DNA of 62,678 nt, counting the filler, from Basidiobolus ranarum (lineage: Eukaryota), in the NCBI GenBank assembly GCA_040143965.1. It is 8 parts of 8 records of this genome, joined end to end, with 100 filler letters (N's around TTAATTAATTAA, not from the genome) between each part and the next. Parts side by side here need not be neighbours in the genome. Positions count along the whole stretch, not along the records: positions 47,124 to 54,852 come from JASJQH010001073.1; positions 54,953 to 62,678 come from JASJQH010001074.1; 6 more parts are not named here. One strand, written 5' to 3'. The notes under the pieces were generated by a model that worked only from the letters and a program-made list of their open reading frames with translations, was not told where the DNA came from and did no database searches. Shown in pieces: positions 49,862 through 62,678 of this stretch. The first letter of the stretch is position 1. The number at the start of each line of letters is the position of its first letter. The translations under genes and the position numbers were made by a program.

Positions 49862-52570
49862 GTTGGAAATAAAGAGAGGTGATATATATTACTGAAGAAC
49901 TACTCGATGTCCAAGGTTTATGCGAAAGATAATAGTTGAGCCCTGGTGTTGGGTGTAGTAAGTGTTTTTGGCACTCTCTTAGAGTAAATAGACGATGTTT
50001 GTAGACTCTATACTAAACGGTTGGAAAGTCAGAGACTGTAGCCAGAAAGGACAAAAGAGAAAGCGATAAAAGCCCTTTAGTAAAGAAGATAATCAGGTGG
50101 ATAGTTCTGCAGAATTAGTGGGATAAATAAAGGCACACAGAGGTAGTATATAAAGTGGATATATAAAGCATTCAATATGGTGGGTGAGAAAAGGGTGACG
50201 GGTAAAGTATTCGAAAGAGTGGAGAAAAAGTCCAAATGTGACCGTTCAAACAGTGATTACTGAATCTTAGTGGCCCGAGCCTCCATGAGAAATACTATTT
50301 GGTAATCCAAGGTAGGTCATTCGAAGGCCGTACATTTTGCAGGTGATTCCTGAACTGAGGATTAGTTGGTTAGATTTGAATATTCATTAATATTAACTGC
50401 CTATTAAACTAACTTCAATATCGTTAATTCTTCAGCGGTGATTTGATCAGAAGATCTCAACGGTGATTTTCGTAATAATTATTAAAGCGAACTGGGTCAC
50501 GAGCAACCAGTTATCAGCGAGGTAATATATCCAAGTTGATCTACATGTTGCTTGTCCAAATTCGAAACTCGTGGACAAGTGCTAGCTTTGGGTACAGCTC
50601 CCACAATATATCCTCCTTTGCTGTAGAACTCCCATCTATGCTTTTAGTGCAGTTGCCATCACTCGAATTAACCAAGAAGTGGATTTTACCCAGTGATTAG
50701 CTCATTCATTCTGGAGGTGCATTCAACATGGAATTCAGAGCAATCATATTAATATGTTAGTATTATTATATATATTAATGTATATATACAACCCATTGAA
50801 ATCGTCCTCAGTTTAAGCTTGCAGTGTCTTAGCAATAGATATCAATTGTGGTTTGACGCTGATTAGCGGTGGATTCACAATCTAGCCTCACAGCGACTGC
50901 GTTTCTGTCTGACATGAAGCAGCTGACTCTGACCCGAGATAGAAGAGCAAGCCTGAATGTGCACACTGTGATTAGTGAAATCGAGGCAATCTCATAAAAG
51001 GCCATCTTGTTATGGAGATGAATGAAGGTTTGTGTGACTACCATATGTGTATGTAAGGCTCGTTGCTAGCTGTGCATAATTGGCAGTGTAGAGGATAAGC
51101 TGCAGGCACGCCAGTCCATAAATTCCGGATTAGTCTACAGATTAAGTCAACACTACGGCAGGTCATATGAAGACTGATGGGCCAAGTGAGTCTAAGGACA
51201 GTGAAGATCGTTGAACAAAAGTCTAGTCAAGTTACTTGCCCTCTTTCTCGCTGGGAATAGGATCCTGTTGTATCATCTATTTCCCAAATTAGCCACTCAT
51301 TTTGCGGAAACTCTCACTTACCTCGCATCTAACCATGTATGAACATGGATATTTCAAAGCAGGAATAAGCCATAAGCATACCTGATTTTGGTTTTGGTTT
51401 TGGGATCTACTGTTGCTACGCGTCGAACGGAACACCAGTATTCTACACAAGGATTGGATCCAGCGATGTGAGTGCATATTCTATCAAGTTAAACCTACTG
51501 GGGAGCTGGTCAACGTTTAGGACTCATAGAAGAGGTGAGGAATATCTTGTGAATGATGTGTGAAGACTAGGTAATCCTACTCTTTTGGAAAGATTAAATC
51601 CCAAACAAGGCAATGGAGCCTGATTTGGTTCACAGTGTGCAACTTGGTAGATCTACACTAATTGCTACCACTACACCTTTGCTCATGGATGGAACGCTTT
51701 GAAAGATAGCCAATATTTTGGGCATTCAAGCCAAACGGTCGCCACTATCATGGATTAATAATTATCTGAAACATACTAACCCACCCACCCACTCATCAGT
51801 AAGCATCATATGCCACTTTGCTCATTTTTGTACTTCGATGTTGGTTCCCCACTTAATGTATCTTCCTAATGCGTATGGAACCACTCAGATACCAATGCAT
51901 GCGAAACATGAGCACCAAAAAGGATCTTAGCCGAGCAATATTGCCTACCTGGGAGAGCCCGTTTCCACTGAAGACCAACAATGAGGTGATGTTGAAGCTA
52001 CTGTTGCTGGAGCTTGGAAGAAGGCCACTGTTTTATTGCTCCCCTTCATGGATGCCATTGCAAAAGGTGAAATGCTTATTCAACTTGTTAAGGAGTCGCA
52101 GTAATTGCTTAATCGCACTAGAACAGAACAAATTACATAGCGCTCCTAATAGATTATTCATATCTAGCCACTAGCTTGAGAAAGAACTATTGAACGGTGC
52201 CTTGCTTGGCAAGGGGCGTCAAAACTGCCATTCCCACTGAATTGTTATCATTGTTTAGTATTTGTTGGGATAGAATACAAGACTTTCTATTGGATAAGGT
52301 AGATTCAAGTGTTGAGATGCAACAGTAATAACATGATGACGGTTGCAAGTGTATAATTAATGCTAGTACATAAAGCGACCCACAAACCGGTAATTCTGGA
52401 CAGAATATTATGGTTGGAATCAATACTCAAATAGGGATTATATGTATATATTCAAAGAGTTTGTTGTTGGTTTTCAGCTTGGATCAAATATAAGGAACGT
52501 AAATATAAATAAAAACAGAGAACCGTCGAAGAAATAAATATTGTAGATGTTATGGTTTGACGCAACTGTT

Positions 52571-53840
52571 CTACCAACCTCCCATTCTTCCCTTTTCCGA
52601 CTCCAGTCGATTGTACAAGAGATACAGGGCCATTTGGTTCGACTCTGGAGTGCCGGTGATAGTGACCAACCTTTCGTTGGTATTTCCTTGAGCTTCAGCT
52701 ATTTTGATATGTGAACCAGACATATGGCGAATCTCGTTGATCTTACTACCTCCTTTTCCAATGATACACCCAACCATATCATTCGGAATAAATATTTGTT
52801 GAGATTGGGATCCTGGGCCAGAATGTCCATGGGGTCCGGGACCATTAGCCATCTCTCTGCCCATGGGAGGCATAGGTGGATAGTTGCCATGAGGTCCAGG
52901 ATGCCCGTAAAAAGACTGTGGAGGACCCATACCAGGCATAGGCCCATACATGAAAGGAAATCGCGGTTGTGGGCGATAAGAAATGTGATTGGGAAGAGGA
53001 CGGTCCATGTATTCTTGGAGAATCTGGGAAATATGATACACTGCGATGTGGATGGCATCGGGGACACCAACAACCGTAATGGTTCTCTCTGTAGAGTTGG
53101 GAAGCATTTCTTCGGATGCATTCAGTTTAGCTCCTGAGGCCTCTTGGATTTCTTTGATCTTGGATCCACCTTTACCAATGACTGAGCCCATGCGAGTGTG
53201 AGGAACTAGTAGACGAATTGTGGCACCATGTGAGCTAGAAGATTGGGAAGAATCATTTGAATCGTCGATTAACTTTTGTGCAACAAGTGAATAGGCCTAA
53301 ATGTGGAATTTAAAAAACCAATTAGAAAGATTTATATAGACTGGCAACAAAGAGTGATAATAAACAAGGAAATACCTTAGCGATAGTATCAATAGGACCG
53401 GACACGGTAAGAACTCTGTCAGGTACTCCAGAAACTTGTTCAGAAATATTTATACGTGCACAAGCTCGCTCTCTTATCTCCTTCACGGAAGCACCGCCTT
53501 TACCAATGATAATGCCAGCCTCTTTGACTAGAACAATAGAACGCAAAGACATCGAAGGAGGAGTGCCAGGATTTCCATCTTTGACAGCTTCCTCGTTAGT
53601 TTCTTGACTCCTATCACTTCTTCTGTCAGGTGAGTGGTCACGTTCTTCCGAATGGTCTCTTCGTGTTCTCTTCTCGATCGGAGACCTTTCTCTTCTTGTT
53701 TCTTTTCTGGGACGATCTTCATCTTCCGTGCTGACTGCAGCTCTTTTACTACTGGTTTGGTGAGCACCAGAGTCAGAGTTAGATTCATCATCGGAAAGAT
53801 GACGTTTACGATCAGGGGAGGGTTCGTGATCACTGGGCAT
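52571..53840 (-). CDS. Three-KH-domain RNA-binding protein (Pbp2/Hek2/Rnc1, hnRNP K-like); exons 53376-53840, 52571-53296
   Basis: Three IGKGG KH loops; spliced product 396 aa. Confidence 0.93.
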
Positions 53841-54952
53841 AATTACTAATGGGTTGGTTCGTGGTAGACGATAGATGAGGATGAGTACACTGGGCCTAAA
53901 GTAAACATTGGTGGGTCAAGGGTTACGAAAAAAAGGGGGAAATCTGAACAGAGGAAAGGAAATTTTAGGTAGGAAAGGGAAGGAAAGGACTGTACCACTA
54001 AAGAGGCTGGTGATGTTTGGGAAAGTGAGGAGTTGTAGATAGTTGGTTTGAAGTTTGATGAATCGGACGAAGAGATAGAGAATAGCAACTATAGAAGAAA
54101 ACGTTTGACAAGAACAAATAAGCAGTTAGTTTCTTGAAGGGACTTCTATGTTTGCAAAAATATACCAAACTAGGAAAGCCTACCTCAGCAGCTGAAGTAG
54201 TAAATACGAGTAAAAGTATTTGTAGTAAATATCAAAAGCAATCTCAGAGTTTCTTAATAACCAGACTACCTCACTTGACGATTAGGCCAAGAGTAATCAG
54301 TTTCACCCCGCGCCGTATTTTTTTTCATTCCATCATTTTTTTGCACAAATCATATCCTCTCTTCACCCCCTCCATTAATGAAAGCTCTCCTGACTGTATA
54401 AATCAATGAGGTCTCTATTTTTGAAATATACCAGAAGATGCTAGGTTCCAAATTGCGTCAGGATCTCACAGATCCCATGAATTCCTAGGAGTCTTTGGTA
54501 CTAACATTGCCCCTGCGAGCCAAGCATGCAAATCCGGAATCAACGTGAATTGCACAGTGAGTATGCATTAGCCATATTTGAGAACAACAGAGGCAATCAG
54601 AAGCCCTAGGTTAAACAATCCCCGAGGTTGGCCAATGAAGTGCTTACGCCTTTGGTTAACCACAAACCTCATTGAAGCAATGCATGGATTGTTTATTCAT
54701 CCCTGTAAACATATGAAACGTGTACTCGTCCAAAAGGGCCGGTAATCGTCTCAGTACTGACCAAGTTAATCCCGAGTAGCACTTTGCTCCATACTACGAT
54801 CTTGTTACTGTTCCATGCCACCAGTGCTCAACCAATCTTCTCTCACCAGCGANNNNNNNNNNNNNNNNNNNNNNNNNNNNNNNNNNNNNNNNNNNNTTAA
54901 TTAATTAANNNNNNNNNNNNNNNNNNNNNNNNNNNNNNNNNNNNNNNNNNNN

Positions 54953-55477
54953 ATCAGCTACTCTCTCAGGCTGCTGATGCCTGACTTGCCTGAGACTCCC
55001 TATGATCATGCTCTGAATGGAACTTTTGGATTCTTCCCATATCATATTAGAGTAGTTTTACTCAGGGCAAGATTTCTACTCCAACTAAATGACTGCAGAA
55101 ATCCACTGATCAAGAAGTGGCTAGCCACACCATCTTCAAATGCACTATTGTGCTGGAATTTGATACAAGATGATCCTCTTGTTTCTGAGTTAGCTTTACA
55201 GCTGCATGAAACAAAACAGCCTAAAATTGTTGTTATAGACTTCCAGCTAGACCTTTGGAAGCAATACCTTGCCTCTAAGACACATTTCTTGATTCCTATA
55301 ATTCCAGGTTTTTGTCCTGTTGTCCATCTAGTATATACTGAGTATGTTCCTTTCTGCCTACCACCTCTGCCCCTTAAAACTATATTAACATCCTCTGAAC
55401 TTGATTACATTGGTCATCAAGTTAAGTATGGATACAATCCAGTATTGTCACAATTTCTCAAAAGATTAATGTCTTGA
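54953..55477 (+). mobile_element. Possible 3' portion of a non-LTR (LINE) retrotransposon ORF2
   Basis: SLRLLMPDLPETPYDHALNGTFGFFPYHIRVVLLRARFLLQL resembles the post-RT region of LINE ORF2. Open from the contig start; no RT core present. Confidence 0.4.
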
Positions 55478-55703
55478 TTGTCACTTTGTTTAGATTTTTA
55501 TTCAAGCTAAATAAAGTCTACACCACATGGTGCTTTTCATCCCCCCCCCTAATTGCTCTAAAATAGCAGCTTGTCCTTAATATGCCAAATGTTTTCAAGA
55601 CAATTTGAGTGATTTTATTTAATGGGATTTCCATTTTATGAGAGGACAGAGCCTTGCCCATGCAGTAACCATGTATAAATAAAATAGTACAATCATCATT
55701 TTC

Positions 55704-56030
55704 TCAATCAAAGCACGTCTTCTTCACTGATGCAGCAAATGAAGATTTCTTTGCTCCTGGTCGTAGCGTGCAAAGCTTGGCAGCATATCGGCACTTATCA
55801 CCGCGTTTAGTACCTTCTGGGGCACGTTCACAGTTGGTTATTACTGCTTGATCACGTACACACATGGATGCCCATACCAACCCGTTACATCGTGGATCCC
55901 TTGATGATGCTCCATCTTCTCCATCTCCTTCAGCCCCTCCTACCCTCAGCTCACCGGTCTGTCCTACCGTCTGTTTTGCCATCAGGAGTACTATCAGGAT
56001 GCTGAGTAAAAGAATAGTAATTTTGGTCAT
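55704..56030 (-). CDS. Small secreted cysteine-rich protein (108 aa, 6 Cys)
   Basis: Hydrophobic signal-like N-terminus MTKITILLLSILIVLLMAKQTVG, acidic Gly-rich linker, basic 6-Cys C-terminal domain. Confidence 0.7.
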   Translation of the reverse strand: MTKITILLLSILIVLLMAKQTVGQTGELRVGGAEGDGEDGASSRDPRCNGLVWASMCVRDQAVITNCERAPEGTKRGDKCRYAAKLCTLRPGAKKSSFAASVKKTCFD

Positions 56031-57987
56031 TGTTATAAGGGATTAATATAAAATTTATGTATTCCTAGGAAAAAGTAATTTTATTACGTTTCTCTCTCTG
56101 TCTATTTAAGTAGTTCTTCTCCTATTGTATTTAGGGAGTACGAATTTAGGAGTAAGTGTACAATTTCTTCATTTTCTCTCTTCTTACATACATATTCTCC
56201 TATTTTATTCAAGGAGTACGAATTGTGAACCTAATGTAATGCAGAGTAGGTATCCGTATTTTACGCTATGTATTGAGTGCTGCACATCCAGTAGGAAAGA
56301 AGGAAGGTTGGTTGAACGGAATGCTGTGATGGATTCTCTTGAAAGACCAATGCTTATAGCGATGTGCCTGGTGCTAATTATACACTAATGAGCCATTACC
56401 ACGTTCCTTAGTTCCATTTGTATCTCAAAGCAGAACTAAGTCGATCAGGAATTTGACCTTTGTACTCGCTCTTTATGTATACATCTCATTTCATATAAAT
56501 TTTAGAATAAATTACAAACCATCAAACGAAATGTTTTTGTGAATATACTGTGTAGTGTCTAATATCAACGTAGTCCTCGACACAACCTTTAAAGAAAGTC
56601 GGAATAAACCTGGCGAGAGAAGCATTCTCTGAGTGTCATCGTCTTTGTTCTCAGGAACAAAATCACTACCTCCTTATCATGCATAGACTTGATGTCTTCT
56701 GCAACTCCTTAGCCATCAGGCTTCATGATGACTGTCCAAAAGCAGCTAATACCAAGGTGGTGGATGAGCTTTAACTGTGAAAGACCTTAATCTACTTGTG
56801 TTATTTAATTAGGCTGAGGTAAAAGATTATTTTCTAACTGGACCTGGATTCTAAGATTTTTCTTTGCTGTAGTGCAACTCTCTACTTCATGGCTGATACG
56901 TCAATATATCCTTGATGTTTGAAACTCGCATCATTCAAATTATCATTTAGGACACTTTAGCGAGTGAGGCTGAATCGAGGAGTAAGGCAGATGATTAATA
57001 AAAATATGAGCTTGATCAATCTGATTCCAATCTGACAGAGCATGGCCTGCTTGTGCTGCATTTCCTTGGACCTGATCAGGTAACGCTTGCTGAGGTAAAG
57101 ACTGACCAAGAGTATTAGCTAACTGTAAGGGGAGATCGAAGAGGATAACGTTCCGAAGAATCTGTATCCTCTATTCTCTGTGCATCGTTACTCTCATTAT
57201 TGAATCCTAAACCTATTGTTTGAGGTGATATAGCCTCGCCAGAGCTAGAATCTTCCATAAGTGATATTGGAGCAATTTGCAACCTACTCTCAGAGTCCTG
57301 CGGTACATCATACATTCCTTGTGGAATATTACTACTTCCAGCTGACCCCAATTCTTCAACTTCTCCTTGCTCAGCTTTTACGCCACTACCTCCACTTCAA
57401 AGCTAGGGCTGGACTGAAACTTTACGTCAGAACTTCCTTGGCCATTGATACTTGCATTTTTACGGTTAACGTTCTGCCCAAAGGAATGGCGCCTGATACT
57501 CTAACCAGTAGAACCGAAGTGAGGAGTAGGCCTAGTTTAACATGCCTAATTGTGATGTTCTTCTATGCGTATACTCATTCGTATATATATTAGCAAAGAC
57601 GAGTATATCAAGTTTATAGTACTGAGTTATTACTGAATGTACTATCCTCTATTAATTTATTAATATATAGACTGATCTTATAATATCCTACCGAGTGTTT
57701 GGTTCTTATACAAATCAGTACAAGAGTGATGGTAGTGTTGACAAAATAACTAGTGTTACGCTTATTCAAGTATATTACTCAGCGGGTGCACACGGGAATG
57801 ACACGACTTCACGAAGAGACTATCCTCATTGTCGGTAGTAAAAGTGTATCTGAATGTAAATGAATTTGCTCAACACTTCAAATTATGAGATAGCATCATT
57901 GTTACATTATAAAAAAGTATCCATGTGGGAAATCTGGCTGCAGATTAGGCTACGTCATTAATCCCTGTAGACATCTAAACATGTTGA

Positions 57988-58095
57988 GTCCAAGTAGATT
58001 TGTGAGCTTCGTATGTCTCAGCAGACATGTGAGTTTCCAGAGCCTTAATAGACCTGTGAGTACCCTTAGTCTCAGTAGACTAATGAGCACTGTGA
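57988..58095. repeat. Degenerate 27-bp minisatellite x4
   Basis: AGTCCAAGTAGATTTGTGAGCTTCGTA / TGTCTCAGCAGACATGTGAGTTTCCAG / AGCCTTAATAGACCTGTGAGTACCCTT / AGTCTCAGTAGACTAATGAGCACTGTG. Confidence 0.7.
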
Positions 58096-58544
58096 GCTGT
58101 ACTACAAGATAATATGTTTTCAAGATGCGTGACAGGCCATGTTTTTGGACATACGTTACACACAAAGGATATCAAGTAATCCTACGTTAATCCCATTTTT
58201 TATTACCAGATCCGCATACCAAAGTTATAGAGTAGTACCATATTTATATGCTGCATTGTATGATAATTGCATATTGTATTAACAGTTATAGATATTTAAA
58301 ACTTGGTATGGCTTAAGACTAAAAGAATAGAATAAGTAATCACAAATAAAATAATATTTACCAAATTGCATAATAGTAATGTTTTAAATTTATGATTCTG
58401 ACAATTTTCAAGTTCTTCTTGGAATATTTTCATAAAGGAAACATTTTTAAGTCCTTAGGTGATTCCAGTCCTTACTTGGGTATAAAGTCACAATATATTA
58501 GGAGAGTGCTGTCCTAGCTGTCACACCACTTGGTGCTTTTCATC

Positions 58545-59350
58545 CCCACTGTACCCTTATTTCTGACCAAAGGAAAAGAGACACTTGGAGTTGATTACAA
58601 CTTCAATGGCTGGGGGAAGAAAACCCCTCTCAAGCACCGCAAGAATGATGGGAGTGTATCTCGTAACTATCTAGCTCACCACAAGTTTCCTAGGCTCCAA
58701 TCTAGCCTGATTGCTGAAGAAGGGGCTATCGAGACTGATGGCCAGGGAACTCTGTTACTCACTAAGAGTAGTATTGTGAATAACAACCGGAATTCTGGTA
58801 TGAGTCGGAAAGAGATTGAAGCTGCTCTCAAGTCTGAGTTTGAGATCCAGAAAATTATTTGGCTTAAAGGAGTCAAAGGAAAGGATATTACTGACTCGCA
58901 TGTGGATACCTTGGCTCGATTTGTTGCACCAGGCGTTGTGGTGGTTAGTCGCCCAGGGCCAGCTAGAAAGAATGACCTAGACTCTGCTATCTGGGCTCAG
59001 CAATATAGCCAAGCAATGCAAGTCTTGACTCAAGCTACTGATGCAAAGGGGAACCGACTGAAGATCGTACAACCACCTGAACCTAATTATGAGAAAATCA
59101 GAGGAATGCCTGCTGAAGGAGCGCCTGATGAAGTGTCCCTGAAGGTATTTGGAGACTCGTTTTTGGCATCCTATGCTAATTTTTACCTTGCCAATGGAGT
59201 CATCATCGTGCCAGAATTTGGTGATGTAGAAGCGGATCGGATGGCACAGGGTATTCTTCAAGGAGTATTCCCTTGACGACAAATTGTTTCCTTGAATATC
59301 GAGGTGGTGGAGGTATTCATTGTGCAACCCATGACCAACCTGAAGTTTAG
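58545..59350 (+). pseudogene. Agmatine deiminase / PPAD-family pseudogene, intronless
   Basis: GVDYNFNGWGKK, EEGAIETDGQGTLL, DITDSHVDTLARF, SYANFYLANG. Premature TGA at 59274-59276, then a frameshift before GGGGIHCATHDQPEV* (TAG 59348-59350). N-terminal part missing. Confidence 0.87.
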
Positions 59351-62149
59351 ATATTCTTTATTGCTAAGCCGACATTTTCGATCGGACAATAAGAATAGTA
59401 AACATCCCTTACCCCATTACCTTCTAGAGCACATATCCACCCACCAACTCCTATCTTTAGACGGCTTAATGCTTTCAGTGGGACATTACAATAATGAATG
59501 AGAAGAGTACTAACTGAAGAGCCTATATATGAAGGTCAAGTTTGATCACAGATACTCACCAAAGTGGATCAAGAATTAGTTTATGCACTTTCTCCATTCT
59601 AGGCAAGTGTCGTTTATTTAGGGTTAGGGTTCTCGATGCTTTTCGGCCACACCTGAAGCTGACTATGTAAGCAACACTAGGTATATCCATCCGCTGTGAC
59701 AAATATCTCGGTTGGTTCTGAGATAAGAACTTCCAATAACTTTCTATTAATGATGTTGTTGTACAGGATTCAAAATTGCAGCGTCGTCAGATATGTTGGT
59801 ATATTTATTCAACGCTTGGCAACTACACTGAGTATATTTGCAACCACTAGTATCCTTCCAACCCAGAGTAATGAGAACCAAAAAGAAGAGGAAAAAGAGC
59901 CTCTTGGTTGTTCAAGAACTGAGGACGGTTTGCTAACTCCTCGATGCATACTATCTGATCCGCTTTTACTACTTTATTCACCAGTGACCAAATCTGTATT
60001 GTCACCTTCACAGTGTGGTGAACAGTATTGGTGAATGGCTAAATGGGTATTCACTCTAGCATTTTCACCCACTAAAATATAGATATGATGGTAATCGAAC
60101 CTGTATATTATTTGGTTCCACTCAGTATATCTACTCTTATATCAATTATCAGTATATCCACACTTACATCAATTGGTTACACTCAGTATATCTTGAATTC
60201 TGTTCGAGTTTTGTTTAGTCAATCACACATCTCGTGCCAAGCCAATTCACATCCAAGATCAACGAATCTGGCAATAAATGTATTGATAGGTATGAAGATA
60301 CCTGCATACCTGAATTGAGGCGGTAATTAACTTCTAACAACATATATATCATGGTAATCTGAATTTTTCGTTCGCAACCAACAAGTGGGATTGTATATTG
60401 TATACAGCTTATGTAGTTGTCCTGATATTTATGCAACAATGTAAAATGGGAAATTGGCCCAATAAACTAAGTAACCTCTAATAGAACGTAAATTAGCAGA
60501 TGGGGATTTGTAATTTTGACCACTTTTTTGATATAACAAGTACTTAACTACAATCACGAATAAGCATTATTCTTGAAATCACTCCAATACCAATCATGAC
60601 ACTTCTCTGAAGATGAAACGTACCATATTTTCAGATGAACCACTTGAGGTAGGTATCGCATGTATAACAGCGCTCAAATTTGCTTAGTACATCTTGGTTA
60701 TATATTGATATAGTATAGTATTACTAAATAGGAGATTCCTTCCCTGACTAACAGCAAGTCATGAACATTAAGTTTTCGTGGTTGACGAACGTCTTGTAAT
60801 AAAAAACAATGGAGTACATATAGCAGTATCAAAAGCGCGGCTTATAATTTGACATCAATTCCACTGTTCGTTAGTACTGATATACAGGAATTGAAGAAAA
60901 CGGTATGTCTTATAATGACGGTAATTAATATTGTCTAAGGCTGTACTCATAAACTTATTACTGATCATAGACTGACCTAAATAAGGCGATATTTCAGATT
61001 AATTACTTGCGAGAATGTTAATAGCTTATTTGTGTTAATCAATAGTCTGTTTGAGCCATTTAAATCCAGTAAGTGTAGTTTATTATGAATATACTGTGCC
61101 GATCTTTAAAGACAAAAATGTAACATCTGTTTCTTTTTGTAATGAGAGAGTACAGGGAGTGGTGTATCAGGGTTCTGTCATAAGAAATGTTACTTTTAAC
61201 GTGAAGCATAATATTCGGATATTTGTCACGCGTGGCCACAATTGCTTATATTACTGATCATTATGATGAGGACAAGCGATACTATTTGAGCTATGATTTA
61301 CTGTACTATCAGAATTGTACTTAGGGTATAGCGTCTAAATGGTATGCTTAAAGGATTGGTGGGTAAGGATAATGAAAATCTGGATTGTATTGAATTGAAT
61401 ATTTGGCTTTGCCTATATTTAAAATAAAGAAAAGCGTTGGAATAATGGTAATACTTGAGGGCCAAGATAGCTGGGAAAGAATCTTTAAGAAGTTTGTATT
61501 TTTCCTTGTTTCTCAGCGATATCAAAAAAGATCTACAAAATATTTAGCAAGCAAGCAACAAATATGCCATAGAAATACTTAGCTTTAATGTCCACTTTAT
61601 TAATCGTCTAATAGAGCTTGTCAGGGTATCTGTAATGAATGGGGATCTGCCTACCTCAAGCATCAAAACACCTCACAAGATTTTTCACTAGCAATAGTGG
61701 AAAAATATTTTATATTCACAGGTTTTGGACACAGATTAAAAGACAAATGACTTCAGTTATCAAGCATATAAAAATTGTGCAAATCAAAACAATAGTCAAA
61801 CCATCAGAACAAGACTATTGGTAAATGAGGGAAGAACTCAAGACTTCAACCAAGTAACTTCTCGCGTATACATCGAATAGGTCACATCTTCTTGATTATA
61901 ATAATTGGATAGTGAGGAACATAAATGAACACCGAACGCCAATTGATTATGCGTTGTACTGAAATATGGTGCCGTTGTACATAACGGTGTACCTTACAGA
62001 AGCACCTATCCAATGTATATGCGATGGCAATCCCAAAATATCTAGTATTTTTCTTTCATTAGTGGTACTAAGCCAGACTTAGTCAGTTTTGAACGCAATG
62101 ATATAGCTAACTATCATCTTAATAACCTAACGAATACCTTCAAAGTGCT

Positions 62150-62390
62150 CTAGTCGCTGCATTGAATAAGAGAGCATGATTTGCAGTTGGCGTAGTTCAT
62201 CCAGCGCTGGGCCTGGCACGTCACATTCTGGTCCGTGAACGGTAGTTCCGGAGACATAGCAGTTTCTGGTGCCAAGAGAAATAGAGCTTGAGCACTTTTG
62301 AGCAGCAGATCCACACTGAAGGGAGAATTGAGTGGCACCGAGAGTCAGTCCGCAAAAGGCGAGTGCAGGGATAACAGTTCTGGTAAACAT
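62150..62390 (-). CDS. Small secreted Cys-rich peptide, apparently split by a frameshift near 62220
   Basis: Frame A: MFTRTVIPALAFCGLTLGATQFSLQCGSAAQKCSSSISLGTRNCYVSGTTVHGPECD. Frame B continues CQAQRWMNYANCKSCSLIQCSD*. Confidence 0.55.
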
Positions 62391-62678
62391 TATGGCAAAG
62401 TGATTATTTTCTAGAATTTCCATAACGTTCAATGCTATTATTTTGGATTAGCAAAGAAAACTAATGAGCATAGAAATCAATGCATAGAATTGAGAGCAAT
62501 CATATTAATCCATGTATTTTCTCTAATTGGCTTGGTAGCTGAGAAATAAAGAATGGATTGACTGAAACTCTTGAAATGTATAGTTTTTTTATTGAGTCAG
62601 ATATAGCTATATGTAGGATATGGAAGAAAGTATTCTCAAACTGTGTGTCGCAGTTGGAGATACATGATTGGTCTCTAC

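Noticed and set aside
51480-52110. Pseudogene-like stretch (..GDVEATVAGAWKKATVLLLPFMDAIAKGE..)
   Set aside because: Interrupted frames and no recognisable family.
54410-54852. Possible PIF/Harbinger transposase relic on the minus strand (FHMFTGMNKQS..)
   Set aside because: Similarity is too short and degenerate to support without a search.
7776-54952. Regularly spaced TTAATTAATTAA motif about every 7.8 kb
   Set aside because: It is an N-flanked artificial linker between size-sorted contigs. It is not a biological repeat, and gene clusters spanning linkers are not real.
57115-57570. Signal-peptide-like segment plus Ser-rich ORF on the minus strand
   Set aside because: No in-frame ATG and the frames are broken; at most a decayed secreted-protein gene.

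Overview
This is genomic DNA from an AT-rich, intron-rich fungus. The window is eight unrelated contigs of about 7.7 kb, sorted by decreasing length and joined by artificial N-TTAATTAATTAA-N linkers, so adjacency across a linker has no biological meaning. Short GT-AG introns, a CENP-C gene, a P2X receptor gene and intronless bacterial-type genes suggest an early-diverging, probably non-Mucorales fungus (Basidiobolus-like; inference only). Ordinary genes include MIF2/CENP-C (partial), a choline/ethanolamine phosphotransferase, NOG2, RPB8, RPL43, a GDSL/PLB1-like lipase, a Pcl-type cyclin, RACK1/ASC1 with an intronic U24 snoRNA, the AMPK beta subunit, YSC84/LSB3, an ATO/GPR1 transporter, two AAAP amino-acid transporters, a MedA-like regulator and a 3-KH protein. 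The most notable items are: (1) a complete 8-exon, 425-aa P2X-type ligand-gated channel that the ORF track fragments and that has non-canonical ligand and pore residues; (2) an intact actinobacterial-type methyltransferase and a decayed agmatine deiminase, both HGT candidates; (3) a tRNA-headed structured Pol III-like element; (4) a U24 snoRNA with one guide rewired; (5) a solo LTR nested in opposite orientation inside a sister solo LTR, with both 5-bp TSDs intact; (6) orphan secreted Cys-rich peptides, one split by a frameshift. All family assignments come from manual motif recognition, not database searches.
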